DNA of 58,249 nucleotides, from the NCBI RefSeq assembly GCF_001194135.2, contig NC_068990.1, forward strand, positions 40,549,300 to 40,607,548, read 5' to 3'. Made by a program: the position numbers and the translations under genes. How positions within the stretch are numbered: the first letter of the stretch is position 1; every line of letters starts with the position of its first letter. The notes below the pieces were generated by a model, which was given only the letters and a program-made list of their open reading frames with translations, was not told the DNA's origin and made no database searches. Positions 1 through 12,946 of the stretch are shown here, piece after piece. Origin of the DNA: Octopus bimaculoides (taxonomy: Eukaryota).

Positions 1-84
<84 letters not shown>
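1..84. repeat. Compound microsatellite (TA)n-(GA)n
   Basis: Pure TA run 1-41 followed by GA run to 84. Confidence 0.98.
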
Positions 85-88
<4 letters not shown>

Positions 89-543
89 ATGATATAATAT
101 ATATGTATATAATATATATATATATTTATATATATATCTGTATGTAATATATATATGATATATATTATATATATATATATATATATGTAATATGTATATA
201 TATTACATATGATATATAATATACATGCGTATAATATATATATATATATAGAGAGAGAAATATATATATATATATGTGATATATGTATATGTATATAATA
301 TATATGATACATCATATATATGTATATAATATATATATATATGATATATATATATATAATATATATAATGAATATATTTATATACAATATATAATATATA
401 TAATGCATATATATAATACATATATATAAACAGTATATAATATATATAATGCATATATATATATAATACATATATATATAAAATATATAATATACATAAT
501 GCATATATATATAATACAGATGTACATAATATATATATATATC

Positions 544-577
<34 letters not shown>

Positions 578-1340
578 TAATATATATTTAATATATATAT
601 TTTATATATATATATATTTAATATATATTTAATATATATAATATTTTATATATATATATATTTAATATATATAATATTTTATATATATATTTAATATATA
701 TTTAATATATATAATATTTTATATATATAATATTTAACTTATATAATATATATAATATTTTATATATATATTATATAATATATATATATGTTTTATATAT
801 ATATTATATAATATATATATGTTATATATATATATTATATAATATATATATATGTTATATATATATATATATAATATTTTATATATATATTATATAAAAT
901 ATATATATATGTTATATATATATATGATATATATATATAATATTTTATATATATATTATATAATATATATATATGTTATATATATATATGATATATATAT
1001 ATAATATTTTATATATATATTATATAAAATATATATATATGTTATATATATATATGATATGTATATATAATATTTTATATATATATTATATAAAATATAT
1101 GTTATATATATATATGATATATATATATATATGATATATATATATAATATATATATATATATGATATATATATATGATACATATATAAAATATGTATGAG
1201 ATATATATATAATATATATATGTATGATATATATAATATATATATATGATACACATATAAAATGTATATGACATATATATATATATATATGATACATATA
1301 TAATATATATATAATATATATATGATGTATATAATATATA
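85..1340. repeat. Degenerate (TA)-derived low-complexity tract with ~64-bp higher-order units
   Basis: Almost only A/T; the unit ATATATATATGTTATATATATATATGATATATATATATAATATTTTATATATATATTATATAA recurs about 770-1110. Confidence 0.9.
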
Positions 1341-1692
1341 GGCCGCAGGGGTGGCTGTGTGGTAAGTAGCTTGCCTACCAACCACATGGTTCCGGATTTA
1401 GTCCCACTGCGTGGCACCGTGGGCAAGTGTCTTCTACTATAGCTTCGGACCGACCAAAGTCTTGCGAGTGGATTTGGTATACAGAAGCTGAAAGAAGCCG
1501 ATTATGTATATATATATATGTATGTGTGTGTTTGTCCCCCCAACATCGCTTGACAAGTGATGCCGTTATGTTTACGTCCGTGTACAGTTCGGCAAAAGCG
1601 AACGATAGAATAAGTACTATTCATACAAAGAATAATGGGGGTGCTCTAGCATAGTCACAGTGAAATAACTGAAACAAGTGAAAGATGAAGAG
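1341..1692 (+). mobile_element. tRNA-derived SINE (SINE-A), near full length, CR1-type tail
   Basis: A-box-like TGGCTGTGTGG, B-box-like GGATTTAGTCCC, CORE-like CCGTGGGCAAGTG, internal TA/TG microsatellite and tail ...TGAAACAAGTGAAAGA; aligns by eye to 2383-2790. Confidence 0.88.
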
Positions 1693-2382
1693 ATACATAT
1701 ATAATATATATGATATTATACAGATATATGATATATATTATACATATATATATTTATAATATATATAACATATATAATATACATATATATTTGTATATAT
1801 AATGCATATTTTATATGTATAATATACATATATATATATAATATATACATATACATATATATGTAATATATATCGATAGATAGATACATATGCGTGTGTG
1901 CTGCTGTAGTCATGGTTGTTGACAAGTATCTCTGTGAAGTGTTGTTCCCCTCTATCGGGCCAACGGGGGACATTAGTGTGCATGTTTACAAGTGTTGTCA
2001 ACAGGAAGGCTATCTTGACGTAGCAAATGTTGTGTAGCCCATGGAACCATGAAAAAGTGCAAATTGGACAATGTCAATGTTCATTGACATGTATATATGT
2101 TTATACATACATGAACATATGGATACGTATATACAAATGCACATATATACATACACGTTCTTAGATACACATATACATACACATGTATGTATGTACACAC
2201 GTCAAGTTATGTGTATATATAAGTGGTTATTTGTATAAATATATATATGTCATAGACATATAGATATTTTAGATATATATTCGTACATGGCATATACAAA
2301 CGCACACACACACATACACATATATATGTTCATGTATATTATATGTATACGAATATATGTACGTATATACTTTTATGCATAT

Positions 2383-2790
2383 GCGCAGGAGTGGCTGTGT
2401 GGTAAGTAACTTGTTTACCAACCAGATTGTTCCGGGTTCAGTCCCACTGCGTGGTACCTTGGGCAAATGTCTTCTACTATATTCTCGAGCCGACTAAAAC
2501 CTTGTGAGTGGATCTGGTAGACGGAAACTGAAAGAAGCCCGTCGTGTATGTATATATATGTGTGTGTGTGTTTGTGTGTCTGTGTTTGCCCTTCCCCTTC
2601 CCAACATCGCTTAACAACCGATACTGTTGCGTTTACGTACCCGTAAATTAGTGGTTCGGCAAAAGAGACCGATAGAATAAGTATTAGGCTTACGAAGTAT
2701 AAGTACTGGGGTCGATTTGCTCGACAAAAGGCGGTGCACCTGCATGGCCGCAGTCAAACGTCTGAAACAAGCAAAAGAATAAAAGAATAT
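2383..2790 (+). mobile_element. SINE-A full-length copy, CR1-type tail
   Basis: TGGCTGTGTGGTAAG head, GGTTCAGTCCC B box, CCTTGGGCAAATG core, tail GGCGGTGCACCTGCATGGCCGCAGTC...TGAAAC...AAAAGAATAAAAGAAT. Confidence 0.92.
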
Positions 2791-2910
2791 ATGTACACAC
2801 ACATACATTCATATTATATATTTAAACGCATAACCGCGTATACATATTATTTATATAAATATATATCATTCATATACATACACACATTTGATATAAATAT
2901 AACTATATGT

Positions 2911-3120
2911 ATATATGTATAATTGTATATCTCCATATATATATATATATATATATACTTCAGGTATATGTATAATTGTATATCTCCATATATATATATA
3001 TATATANNNNNNNNNNNNNNNNNNNNNNNNNNNNNNNNNNNNNNNNNNNNNNNNNNNNNNNNNNNNNNNNNNNNNNNNNNNNNNNNNNNNNNNNNNNNNN
3101 NNNATACTTCAGGTATATAT
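2911..3120. repeat. 53-bp minisatellite spanning an N gap
   Basis: GTATAATTGTATATCTCC at 2917 and 2970; ATACTTCAGGTATAT recurs after the gap 3007-3103. Confidence 0.8.
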
Positions 3121-3125
3121 CCGTA

Positions 3126-3156
<31 letters not shown>

Positions 3157-3905
3157 ACACAGCTGTAAATATAGACGAGGAGTAGCAAAAATACACGAGC
3201 GAAGTACGGGATGTTGACAAAAGATCTCTCTCTCTCCGTAAAGAATATATAGGTTTTAGGTTTGAGGGAGAGAGTGCAGTTAGCAGCAGTAGTAGTAGTA
3301 GTAGTAAAAAAAGATAGATGAAGAAGTGAAACAAGAAAAGATGAATTGGAGTAAATCATTCATTGTGTATAGAAAGAGGGAACTAGCAAAGTGAAAATGT
3401 TTCACGATGATATGTAAGGTTTAGTGTATGTAGCTCAGTATACTCTTTTTAGAAATGATAATACCAAATACATGAAAGAGGGCTGGGCATTTCAAAGAGT
3501 TTAATTAAATTAAGTCTTTAACGTAAAAAGAAAAAGGAGGGCCTTTAAGAGAATCGCCTACTTCCTTCCTTTCTCTCCTGCTTTCAATTTTGTGTCTTTC
3601 TGTAGTATATCTACCGAAGAAGAAGAAAGAAGAAAAGATACAATGAAAGTTGCAAGAGAGAAAAAGTGAAAGAGATGAAGACGAAAGGAAGTGAAAAAAA
3701 TACTATACAAAAGGGGCGGAGTGAGTAAACAAATATCCAAACTGTGAGGGGGAGAAAATAAAGATGATCAGCAGTGTGAGGTAATATAGTAAACGAGGGG
3801 GAATGAGGCGGATAAGAGAGTATTAATATAGTGAAAGAGGGGGAATTAGGTAGAGTAAGAGATTGAAATATGTATTCATACACTATCTTATGTGTGTAAA
3901 TATAA

Positions 3906-3936
<31 letters not shown>

Positions 3937-4079
3937 CACACCTATCTATATATGTATGTGTGTGTGCGTATCTGTGTAATAAAATAGTAGTGATGAGGTG
4001 TTTTATGCAGAAGAAACAGAAATGGAAAGAGTAAAAGGCGAGACAGAGGTGGGGGGAACGGTTGAATTTAATTGAATGA

Positions 4080-4082
<3 letters not shown>

Positions 4083-4152
<70 letters not shown>
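4083..4152. repeat. (AG)n microsatellite
   Basis: About 35 uninterrupted AG units. Confidence 0.98.
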
Positions 4153-4157
<5 letters not shown>

Positions 4158-4454
4158 AAGAAACAGATAATTACACCGTTCTTCCATTCAGTAGCATTGC
4201 TTGGCATTATTATTGTCGACTAATGCACACACACACATTTATTTGCGTGTGTGTGTACAGCTGCTGCTTTTCACGTTTCTGTATAACTATATCATTGCTT
4301 CTGCCACTGCATCCATGGTTAACTGTTTTCTTTCTCTAAGTTCTTCTCCTCTTCCTGCCACTCTCAATATACGTTTGTATGACTTGTAAACAACCCGACA
4401 GGAATAAAGGTAAAATAAAGTTACACACACACACACATATATATGTTGTCCTTC

Positions 4455-4522
4455 CTATCTATCTATCTATCTATCTATCTATATATATATATATATATAT
4501 ATATAGATAGATAGATAGATAG
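4455..4522. repeat. Palindromic compound microsatellite (TATC)n-(TA)n-(GATA)n
   Basis: 4463-4522 is a perfect 60-bp reverse-complement palindrome. Confidence 0.9.
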
Positions 4523-4773
4523 GGAGAGAGACAGATAGACAGAGAAATCAGAAGAGGGGGAAAACGGGTAAAGGACTAGACTTGTGATACGATTGCTTGA
4601 TTTTAGCTTATTGTTTTTATCGGGAACATTAGGCGATAGAAAGCAGGAACACAAAGCATGTTTTCTCGCATGCGCGCGCGCGCGTGTGAGAGAGAGAGAG
4701 AGAGAAAAAGAAAGAAAGAGTGTATTTATGTATCCATGTTTATTTACATGTGTAAGCATGTGTGTTTGTGTCG

Positions 4774-4809
<36 letters not shown>

Positions 4810-5859
4810 TTAAATTGGAGCTACTATTAGTTTCAGGTTGTCTTGTGTATGTATACATACACACACATATATATATATATAGTCTGTATGTTTGCGCGTA
4901 TGTCAATTTCTTCAGCAATCGTGAAGCATGTTCATTTATTTTTGTTGTCATTTCTGTGTATAGATTTTCTTCCACCTGTCATGCCAAACCCTCTTCTACG
5001 CGTGAAAATGTTCGAATTGTATGTTACTTTATTGTCAAACGGTTCCGATCATTATTACATGAAAATGCATTTACGCCAGCATGCTATAACCACAATGATT
5101 CGAACCAAGAAAAAAGTCATACATAACACGCGCGTATAAAATTACACATCTGAATAGTTTGCTTCCTTAAAATATTTAACTAATAACTAAGAAAAATAAC
5201 AAACTCATTCCGGAGCTAGCGAAGACGGACACACACACACACACACACATGCGAACGCACGCAATTTAATTTTGTGTACGCGGGCGCGTGTGTGATGAGG
5301 TAGAGAAGAGAAATATACAAAAGCTTGTATACCTCCAAACATTCTCATATCTATCTATATATATATGTGTGTATACTTCATACAGTGTGGGAAACGGAGA
5401 GTGAGTGGGAGCACTAAATATGCCGATTCATATGTAAATATACGTAAGACGTAACATAAAAGAGGGAGTGGTTTAAAAATATAATTTTCAAGCCTTATTT
5501 GACGATATTTTCTTTATCTTCACCGTGTTTTTCCTTTCTTTCTTCTTTTTCCTGTTGGTTTTAATAATTTATGAAGAATAAATTTCATAGTAATCCATAA
5601 ATACATAAATAATGAACCAGGGAGGAGGAATGAAGTGCGACGAAATAATAGCCCCAAAAAGTATATAGAAACTAAATTAATATTGCATACAATTTAATGT
5701 ATGCAAACGTTTTATATCTATTATTGATTTCCTTTTGTTTCATTTTGCTGTTATAAAAATTCAATTAGATTAATTGTTAAATTCGTGTCATTCATGTGCG
5801 TGCGTGTTTGTATACATATATATATGTGTATGTGCATATGAGATGTCATATATCTATAT

Positions 5860-5927
5860 CTATATACATATATATGCACATGTCATAATATATATATATA
5901 TACACACACACAACACTGTATTACGTC

Positions 5928-5970
<43 letters not shown>

Positions 5971-6053
5971 NNNNNNNNNNNNNNNNCATATATATGCACA
6001 TGTCATAATATATATATATATACACACACACAACACTGTATTACGTTTGCATT

Positions 6054-6092
<39 letters not shown>

Positions 6093-6172
6093 GTATATAT
6101 GCACGTCATAATATATATACATATATATTTATATATACACACACACACACAACACTATATTACGTCTGCAGC
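5860..6172. repeat. Three related copies of a TA/CA-rich unit around an N gap
   Basis: GCAC(A/G)T(G)TCATAAT...CACACACAACACT(G/A)TATTACGT(C/T)TGCA occurs three times, the second directly after the gap 5971-5986. Confidence 0.8.
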
Positions 6173-6470
6173 TCCTTATATGAGTGTGTGACTTGGATCA
6201 TGTTTAGTTTGCACTTAAAGCAGAAATTATATATAAAAAAAAAAATTATGCAAAAAATAAATCATCAAACAAACCAACACCCTCTCCTACAGAAGAGAAG
6301 AATAAAACAAAACAAAACAAAAAAAAAAATAATAAGACCCACCATCTACCCCCCACCCTCACCCCTATAAAAATCCAGTTCGTTCTACGCCTGTGTTGGG
6401 GTTGAAATAGATGTTTAACATATTTTTCATTTTGCAAAAAGAAAAAAAAGAAGGAGGAGGAGGAGGGAGA

Positions 6471-6585
6471 GTGAGAGAACGAGGGGAGTAAGAAGGAGAG
6501 AGAGAGTGTGTGTGTGTGTGTGTGTGTAGTAGAAAGTGAGAGAACGAGGGGAGTAAGAAGGAGAGAGAGAGAGTGTGTGTGTAGA
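6471..6585. repeat. 65-bp direct duplication of a purine-rich unit
   Basis: GTGAGAGAACGAGGGGAGTAAGAAGGAGAGAGAGAG at 6471 and 6536. Confidence 0.9.
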
Positions 6586-6659
6586 GTAGAGTAGAAAAAA
6601 TCCAACAACAAAACAATGCAAAGAAATCACGGAACCTACTTTGCTTAGTTTCGTCTAAC

Positions 6660-6780
6660 GCAGACAACGTCTCCCTTGCTCACCGTAGCACTGCACGGCC
6701 GCCATCTTGCCGCGTTGCATGCTGGGTAAGGACACAAGACAAGATGGCGACAAAGCTGGGGTGGCCGTGGATGAAGGTAA
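6660..6780. promoter_or_regulatory. GC/CpG-enriched island with two divergent YY1-consensus motifs
   Basis: CGCCATCTTG (6700-6709) and CAAGATGGCG (6740-6749) form a perfect 10-bp inverted repeat matching the YY1 consensus CAAGATGGCG; GC content is far above the flanks. Confidence 0.5.
6684..6721 (-). CDS. Candidate micro coding exon (MQRGKMAAVQCY + phase-1 donor), product unknown
   Basis: Minus strand reads acceptor TTGTCTTGTGTCCTTACCCAG | C ATG CAA CGC GGC AAG ATG GCG GCC GTG CAG TGC TAC G | GTGAGC donor. No downstream exon was found and plus-strand readings are also possible. Confidence 0.25.
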
Positions 6781-8993
6781 ATTTTATGTCCTCTCAAATC
6801 ATTCTTCCTCCTACGTCTAGAGATCCAAAAATAATCGAGGCTTCTTATCGGATGTTTCAATATTGTTTTGTTGCTGCTGTTTGATTAATACGACTTACTG
6901 CTATTGGAGTAACTACTACCGATCTCCTTCGAAAGGTTTGAAATTTACACACATACATGCGTGTGTGTGTGTGTTGTGTATATATGTATATACAATATAT
7001 ATATATTTATATATATATATATGTATATATATCATGTTGTTTGTTTGTTTGTTTCGGATATGTATCTGTTTTGGAGTGGGGTACAGAAACCAGTGTATAC
7101 CTGTGTATAAATACACATGCACACACATTCATTCATTGGATACTCGCTAATTTTCACTTTCTTTCTATCATGCCATCCTAATTTCTTTCATACAAACTCT
7201 TGGAAAACATATTATTACATTGCCTCTTGTAGTCTATGTGTGCTTACATATCACAAATATGGGTAAATCAAACGGGGACCAGTAAACAACATCCTTTTTT
7301 TTCCTCCCTAGTCATCTCTCTGGCTGTTCCCTGAATTCATCCTGCGATCCTAAAGCATAGATTTCTGAAGGAAGATGAAATGAAATATGCCAAATTTCGG
7401 GCTGTTTGTTGTTGTCTCCTAATTTTTTTTTTAAATTTTACTATCAGAGTGGCTACTGTTTAATTGTACACACACTTATTAATTATATATCGTATATTAG
7501 TCATATACATTCATATTTCGGCTTCGACAGTTGAATACATAGTTGTGATATATTATTTGTAGATTCCTAACATTTTCTCTCTTACCATTCTCTCTGTCTC
7601 TCCTTCCATTTTTGACAATGTTTCTTTTGTTTTACTCTTCATTTCTCGTGCCCGGCTTCATTTCATGTTCATCTTTTCGTTTTGTTAGTGAAAAGAATTA
7701 TGAGAGGTGTTATGTCAAGAAAATGTGTTGTCGATGGAAAGGAATGGTTTATAACGAACGATCATGCGAGCAAGCAAGGAAATGCGCGTACGCACGCTGA
7801 CACACACATCTCTGCACGCTTGCACAGACGCACCTACAACTCCGCACACACGCGCACTGACTAAAATAAACAATCCTACGTTTTGTATTGTTTTTCGTTG
7901 TTTTTTGGAACGTTATCGATGATTGGGAAAACAACAACAACAACAGAAATGTGTTTACACACAAACACATTGACACAGCTGATAATTGTTAGTGATGATG
8001 GCTCCCAAGTTATCATTGTTCAAACAAAAAAAAGAAAAGCAAATTGCGCGCACAGATACACATATACACACGGGGAAAAAGAAAAAGAAACCACAAAAGA
8101 AAATCGTTTACCCTACCCCTTTTTGTAATAAAAAAAAAAAATCTACCTTGACAAAGTGATGTTTGTCACTATGATACATATACATATTCGCTGATTTACA
8201 TCTTACGGATGTACAACAATCAAAGAACAACAAGAACAACCGAATGACAATGAAGTTTTCACAAGACGCATTTGGCGAGATCAAAAAAGTTCAGCAAGTT
8301 AATGGAGATAGGATTTTTTTAAAAGAAATTATCAGATCGCTTTCTCCTTTTCTCCTCCTCATCATCGCTTCGTTGTCATTGAAGCGATGCAGAAGGTCCT
8401 ACAACCACAGAAATTATACTGATGGTGATGACGATTTCTTGTAACAACAAACAATCACAATGACGGAAAACAAGCAACGATAAAAAATGGTCTTGTTCAA
8501 GGAATGACCATGGATATATTATCTATGTATACCAGATAGATACACAAAAACGTTATTACTGCTGTCATCTTTTTTCCAATCATCAACACCACCGACATTA
8601 TCATCTTAAAGCATATTTTTTAAAGTAGTCATTCTTTCTAAACAGTCATCCACGCACTGACATAGAACTATTGTTACTTAAAAGCAATTAAACAGCTTCC
8701 TTTTAACAAAAGCCTTGTACATACAGTTTGCATATCTCCCACTTTTTTTTTCTTAGCTCCATGTATATTCATTTTCGTCAGTTTTTTTTTATAAACCAGA
8801 CACTCTTTATCTCTCATTCTTTCTCGAGTCTTTTGTAATTTAATTCTTCCATGCCATAAACTCTCTTCTCTCCCTTTTACTATCAACTGATACTCCAATT
8901 CCCTCCTACAACTCAACTTTTTCTTTCTGCACTTATTTTGTTGTTGGATGTTACTAATCACCATAGTAACGTTTCAACAGTTCACACATACAC

Positions 8994-9026
<33 letters not shown>

Positions 9027-9141
9027 GTTTTAGGGAAAAGAACCAAGGTTCATGAACTCATCGATGAAAATCCACTGGTTTTAATTGAGTTTTTACCTGT
9101 AATTTTGGATTTTGTCCCTATTATTATTATTATTATTATAT

Positions 9142-9174
<33 letters not shown>

Positions 9175-11154
9175 ACGTGAAGTTATCGTACAGTTACTGT
9201 TAATACCTCGTTCAGAGATTTAACATTGTTATATATATATATTTATATATAGTCTTTATGATTCATATATACTTTGCGCTCGCGCATTATATATATATGT
9301 ATGTATGTATGTGTACCAATTTGTTTGTTCGTTGTATGTGTGTGCGTGTGCATTTTGCATGAAAGAATAGTATTTAAATAGAAGAAAGCAGTAATCGAAG
9401 AGAGAGAGAGAGAGAGCCAAGCAAAACTGGGCGGGAGAGACAGTATTGAAAGATATTAAAAAAAAAAGACTGTGTGTGTGTGTGTAGTAAATGACAATGT
9501 ATTGTTTTTGTGTATAGATTATGCCGGAGCAAGTGGTGTTGTGAATAAATGTATGTGTGTGTGTGTGTGTGCATATATATATATGCACAGATCTTTGTAT
9601 ATTTATATATATATATATATGTGATTGAAGGGAGGGGGAGAACCTCAGCGGTTGTTACTTCCAACTTGCTTCCAATATCGCCATTTTAAGTTTATCACTT
9701 CATTTCACTGATGTTCTCTCCTCTGCCTTGTCCTCTTCCTTCTGCTGTTGTTTCTTGTCTCTCCACCACACACACACACACACCCCGTACTTCCTCCCCT
9801 TCTTCTCTTGTCTTCCCTCTCTCCTCTCCTCTCTTCTCTGCCTCACACGCATCTCTTTGCACTTCCCTCTTTTCTTCACTTTCTCTGTTTCATAGCAGCA
9901 GTAGGGCTTTTTTTTCTTCTTCTTCACCATATCTAATTTATACTTTTACATTTACATTGCATTATGCATACATGCGTACACACATACACACACACACATC
10001 TAATTTTAATTAACCTTTATGACTCTTGAATGTATTTCTATTTATAAAAGATATATATGCATATATAAAAAAAAGAAAACCAACTCTTTTCATGTCTAAG
10101 CATTCCAGTTAACAATTCATTCTTCTTAGTATGTTACTGTTGTTGTACGCCACCACTTCCAATATCCTTCCTTCCCTTTAGCTAAGAGAGATGACACTTT
10201 GTCGTAGTTAATAAAAAGGAGTTGCCATAGCACTTCTCCACTCGCCATTCTGTTCACACCCTCTTCTATTATTGACCCATCTCGTTTAGCAATCTTATTT
10301 CAGTACTTACTTCGTAGAGAATTATCGTTAATATCGATTTGGTGTGTTTAGAATAGGAACGAAAGGTTTCTTACAAAAGACCAAACTGTTTCAACGCTGT
10401 TGTTAATGAGAAATTATTTATACGTCCAGTAAACTTTGTAGCGGGTCGATTTCTCCACCCCCTCCATTTTCCGATTCTGGGTTACCATTGCTCTAGCGTA
10501 TCATGGTTGGGAGGCCAGCATGTACGTTACAACTGCTGCATTCCTCGTAGATTAGAATAATATATTTTTAAATTAAATTTAATGAAAAAGATGAAATAGT
10601 GAATGGGAGGTTATAATTGATGTTTATATTTCTTTTTTCTCTTAGTACTTTTTCCTTTGAATAACCATGAAAAGTATTGCATAAATATATTGCCATTTTT
10701 TTTTTATGACTTTCAGCTACAATATTTCTATTCCATTTTGTGCATTGTATTTTTTTTTCTTTTATGTTGGATCGTTGTGGCCAAAGAAAAATGCTTACTG
10801 TGATAAAGAAATATAATCAGCATTGGAATATATAGTTAACATCTATTTCAGCGTACAGAAAATCTTGCAGAAGAGGCCAAAGTAATCGAAAACTTGGAAA
10901 TATGTTAATTTACTTTCTTGAAAATTAATTGTGTATAATAATCTATATCAGTTTACGAGTCATGTAGTGCTATCAGTTACAGCCAAAATCTCTCCCTCAA
11001 AATGCGCACCATTGTCATTGTGCCACTATTATTAAGTCATTACTTAGTGTAAATGTATAGAAACCATGAACAGTTTGGTAGCCTTCATAACTAAGATATT
11101 GAAGGATATGTGTATACACACACACAAACACACATGTATATATANNNNNNNNNN

Positions 11155-11187
<33 letters not shown>

Positions 11188-11332
11188 TCATATGTGAATA
11201 TATAAACATAGGTGTATACAACATGATAATTTGTGCGTGTGTATACTAATATACTGTATAATAGATATTCCATATCATCCAGCCCATATAAATATGTAAA
11301 ATCGAGTAATGTAATATGATTATACTTTAATA

Positions 11333-11578
11333 TATTCTTTTATGCGTTTCAACCCAATGGTTTGCGGCCATGCAGGAGCACCACCTGCATTATCACTTTT
11401 TTGGTGGCCTTTCTTTTTTGTTTGGCTTTTGGTGAAAGAGAGAATTTGATATTGCTAACCCTTTTTTCAGCTTCTTGCTCTGATGTAGGTTCATCTGGGA
11501 CCTTGTACAGCTGGAGGTCAAGTTGTTTCTTGAAGACAACTACCCCAGTTCCATGTAGATCTCCATGTATTACATATC
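11333..11578 (-). mobile_element. CR1-type LINE 3' terminal fragment
   Basis: Translates to ...DLHGTGVVVFKKQLDLQLYKVPDEPTS..., resembling the CR1 ORF2 C-terminal FKxxLDxxLxxxPDxP motif, then ends in GGTGGTGCTCCTGCATGGCCGCA...TGAAAC...TAAAAGAATA. Confidence 0.7.
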
Positions 11579-12597
11579 TATATGTCTGCACACAAACACA
11601 CACACACACACACACTTATATATATATATATACACACATGCATACATGTTTATGTATATATCCATTTCTATATTCGTGTCCCCTTATGGCATCATGCAAA
11701 TAGTTGTAAACAAATGTCACCATCATACATCATTTGTTTCCAGTGTTCTGCATTTGGAAATGGATAAAAGTTCAGCTGAACAAAATTTGCTTTAACAAAT
11801 TGCATCTGGCCCATGCAAGGATGGAAAAGTGATGTTGTATAATTAATTTATGTATATTGTAAGATATATACTGAATGACCTACTTCCTGGCTGAATTAAC
11901 ATGTAAAACTTATTAAGTATTCTGGCTGATTATAATTCACATGTATATATTCAGGCCTTGGAGTGGACTATTAAAAATAGACTTACCCAATATGTCAAGC
12001 AATCTTATCCAAGCCAGAAATCTCATTGTTTATCCAGTGAGTTCATGCCCACATTACATATATGTATATACACATATTCATGTGCATATATATATATACA
12101 CATATGTTTAATATACTTTATTGCATTTGTACTATATTATAGTTATATGCCAGTTCATATCTCCTACATTAAGCCATGGATCAAAAACCTTTGTAAAAGA
12201 AATTTGGGAGGTGGAAACTCGACACCCATCTTGTATATATGTGCAAATATATATACATACATCTGAATATGTGCATATATACATAAGTAATTGTATCTCT
12301 TCTGATGATTGCCAAGATTTCTCTCAAGTTCCAGTATGAAACTGATTGGTAAATTGGCTGTTATGAGTCTATGATATTGAAATATATTTAGAAAAATATT
12401 GTGTGTGTGGATATATATATATATATACACATATATGTATATCTCATCATTGTTTATTCTATATTTTCAAAGCAAGTCTCACCTGGTAATAGTTCCCCAT
12501 GGCCAGACATGTTTTTGCAGGATATTGGAAATGAGTGACATTCGCAACTACTGTGATCAGAATAAGGTGACACACACACACACACACACGTGTGTGT

Positions 12598-12741
12598 GTA
12601 CGACAGGCTTGTTTCAGTTTGTCTGCCAAATCCACTCACAATTGCTCAGCCTGGTACTATAGAAGACACTCCCTATGATGCCACCCAGGGGGACTAAACT
12701 AGTAACTAGCAAACGTCTTTCTCCATAACCACAACTACGCC
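12598..12741 (-). mobile_element. SINE-A 5' half (degraded)
   Basis: Reverse complement matches head/body GTGTCTTCTATAGT...GTGAGTGGATTTGG...AAACTGAAAC; stops at a (CA)/(TG) tract. Confidence 0.7.
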
Positions 12742-12946
12742 AATATATATATTTGTATATATGTGTGTGTATGTATATACATATATATATATTATTACTA
12801 CTACTGAATATATTGATTGAAATTTCCTATGGTCACTATCCATATCTATGCAACTTATTTAGTTATCTTGACCTCCTCTCTCTTATACTGGTATTGTTTT
12901 CCATATCTGAGTTGGTGTTTTTGCTCTCAGAAACAAACTTACTCTC

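Noticed and set aside
203-1385. Long I/Y/H-rich ORFs (also 16830-17854 and many 60-100 aa ORFs)
   Set aside because: These are translations of TA/CA/GA microsatellites, which lack stops by construction; there is no protein-like complexity.
1341-1415. tRNA-like A/B boxes at SINE heads
   Set aside because: No complete cloverleaf; they continue into SINE bodies, so they are not tRNA genes.
5860-6060. Near-exact duplication flanking the 16-N gap as a real tandem repeat
   Set aside because: The first two copies may be unmerged contig overlap; copy number cannot be trusted without long reads.
7312-7420. Strong plus-strand acceptor TTTTTTTCCTCCCTAG at 7311
   Set aside because: All three frames stop within about 50 nt and no clear donor follows; cannot be supported as an exon.
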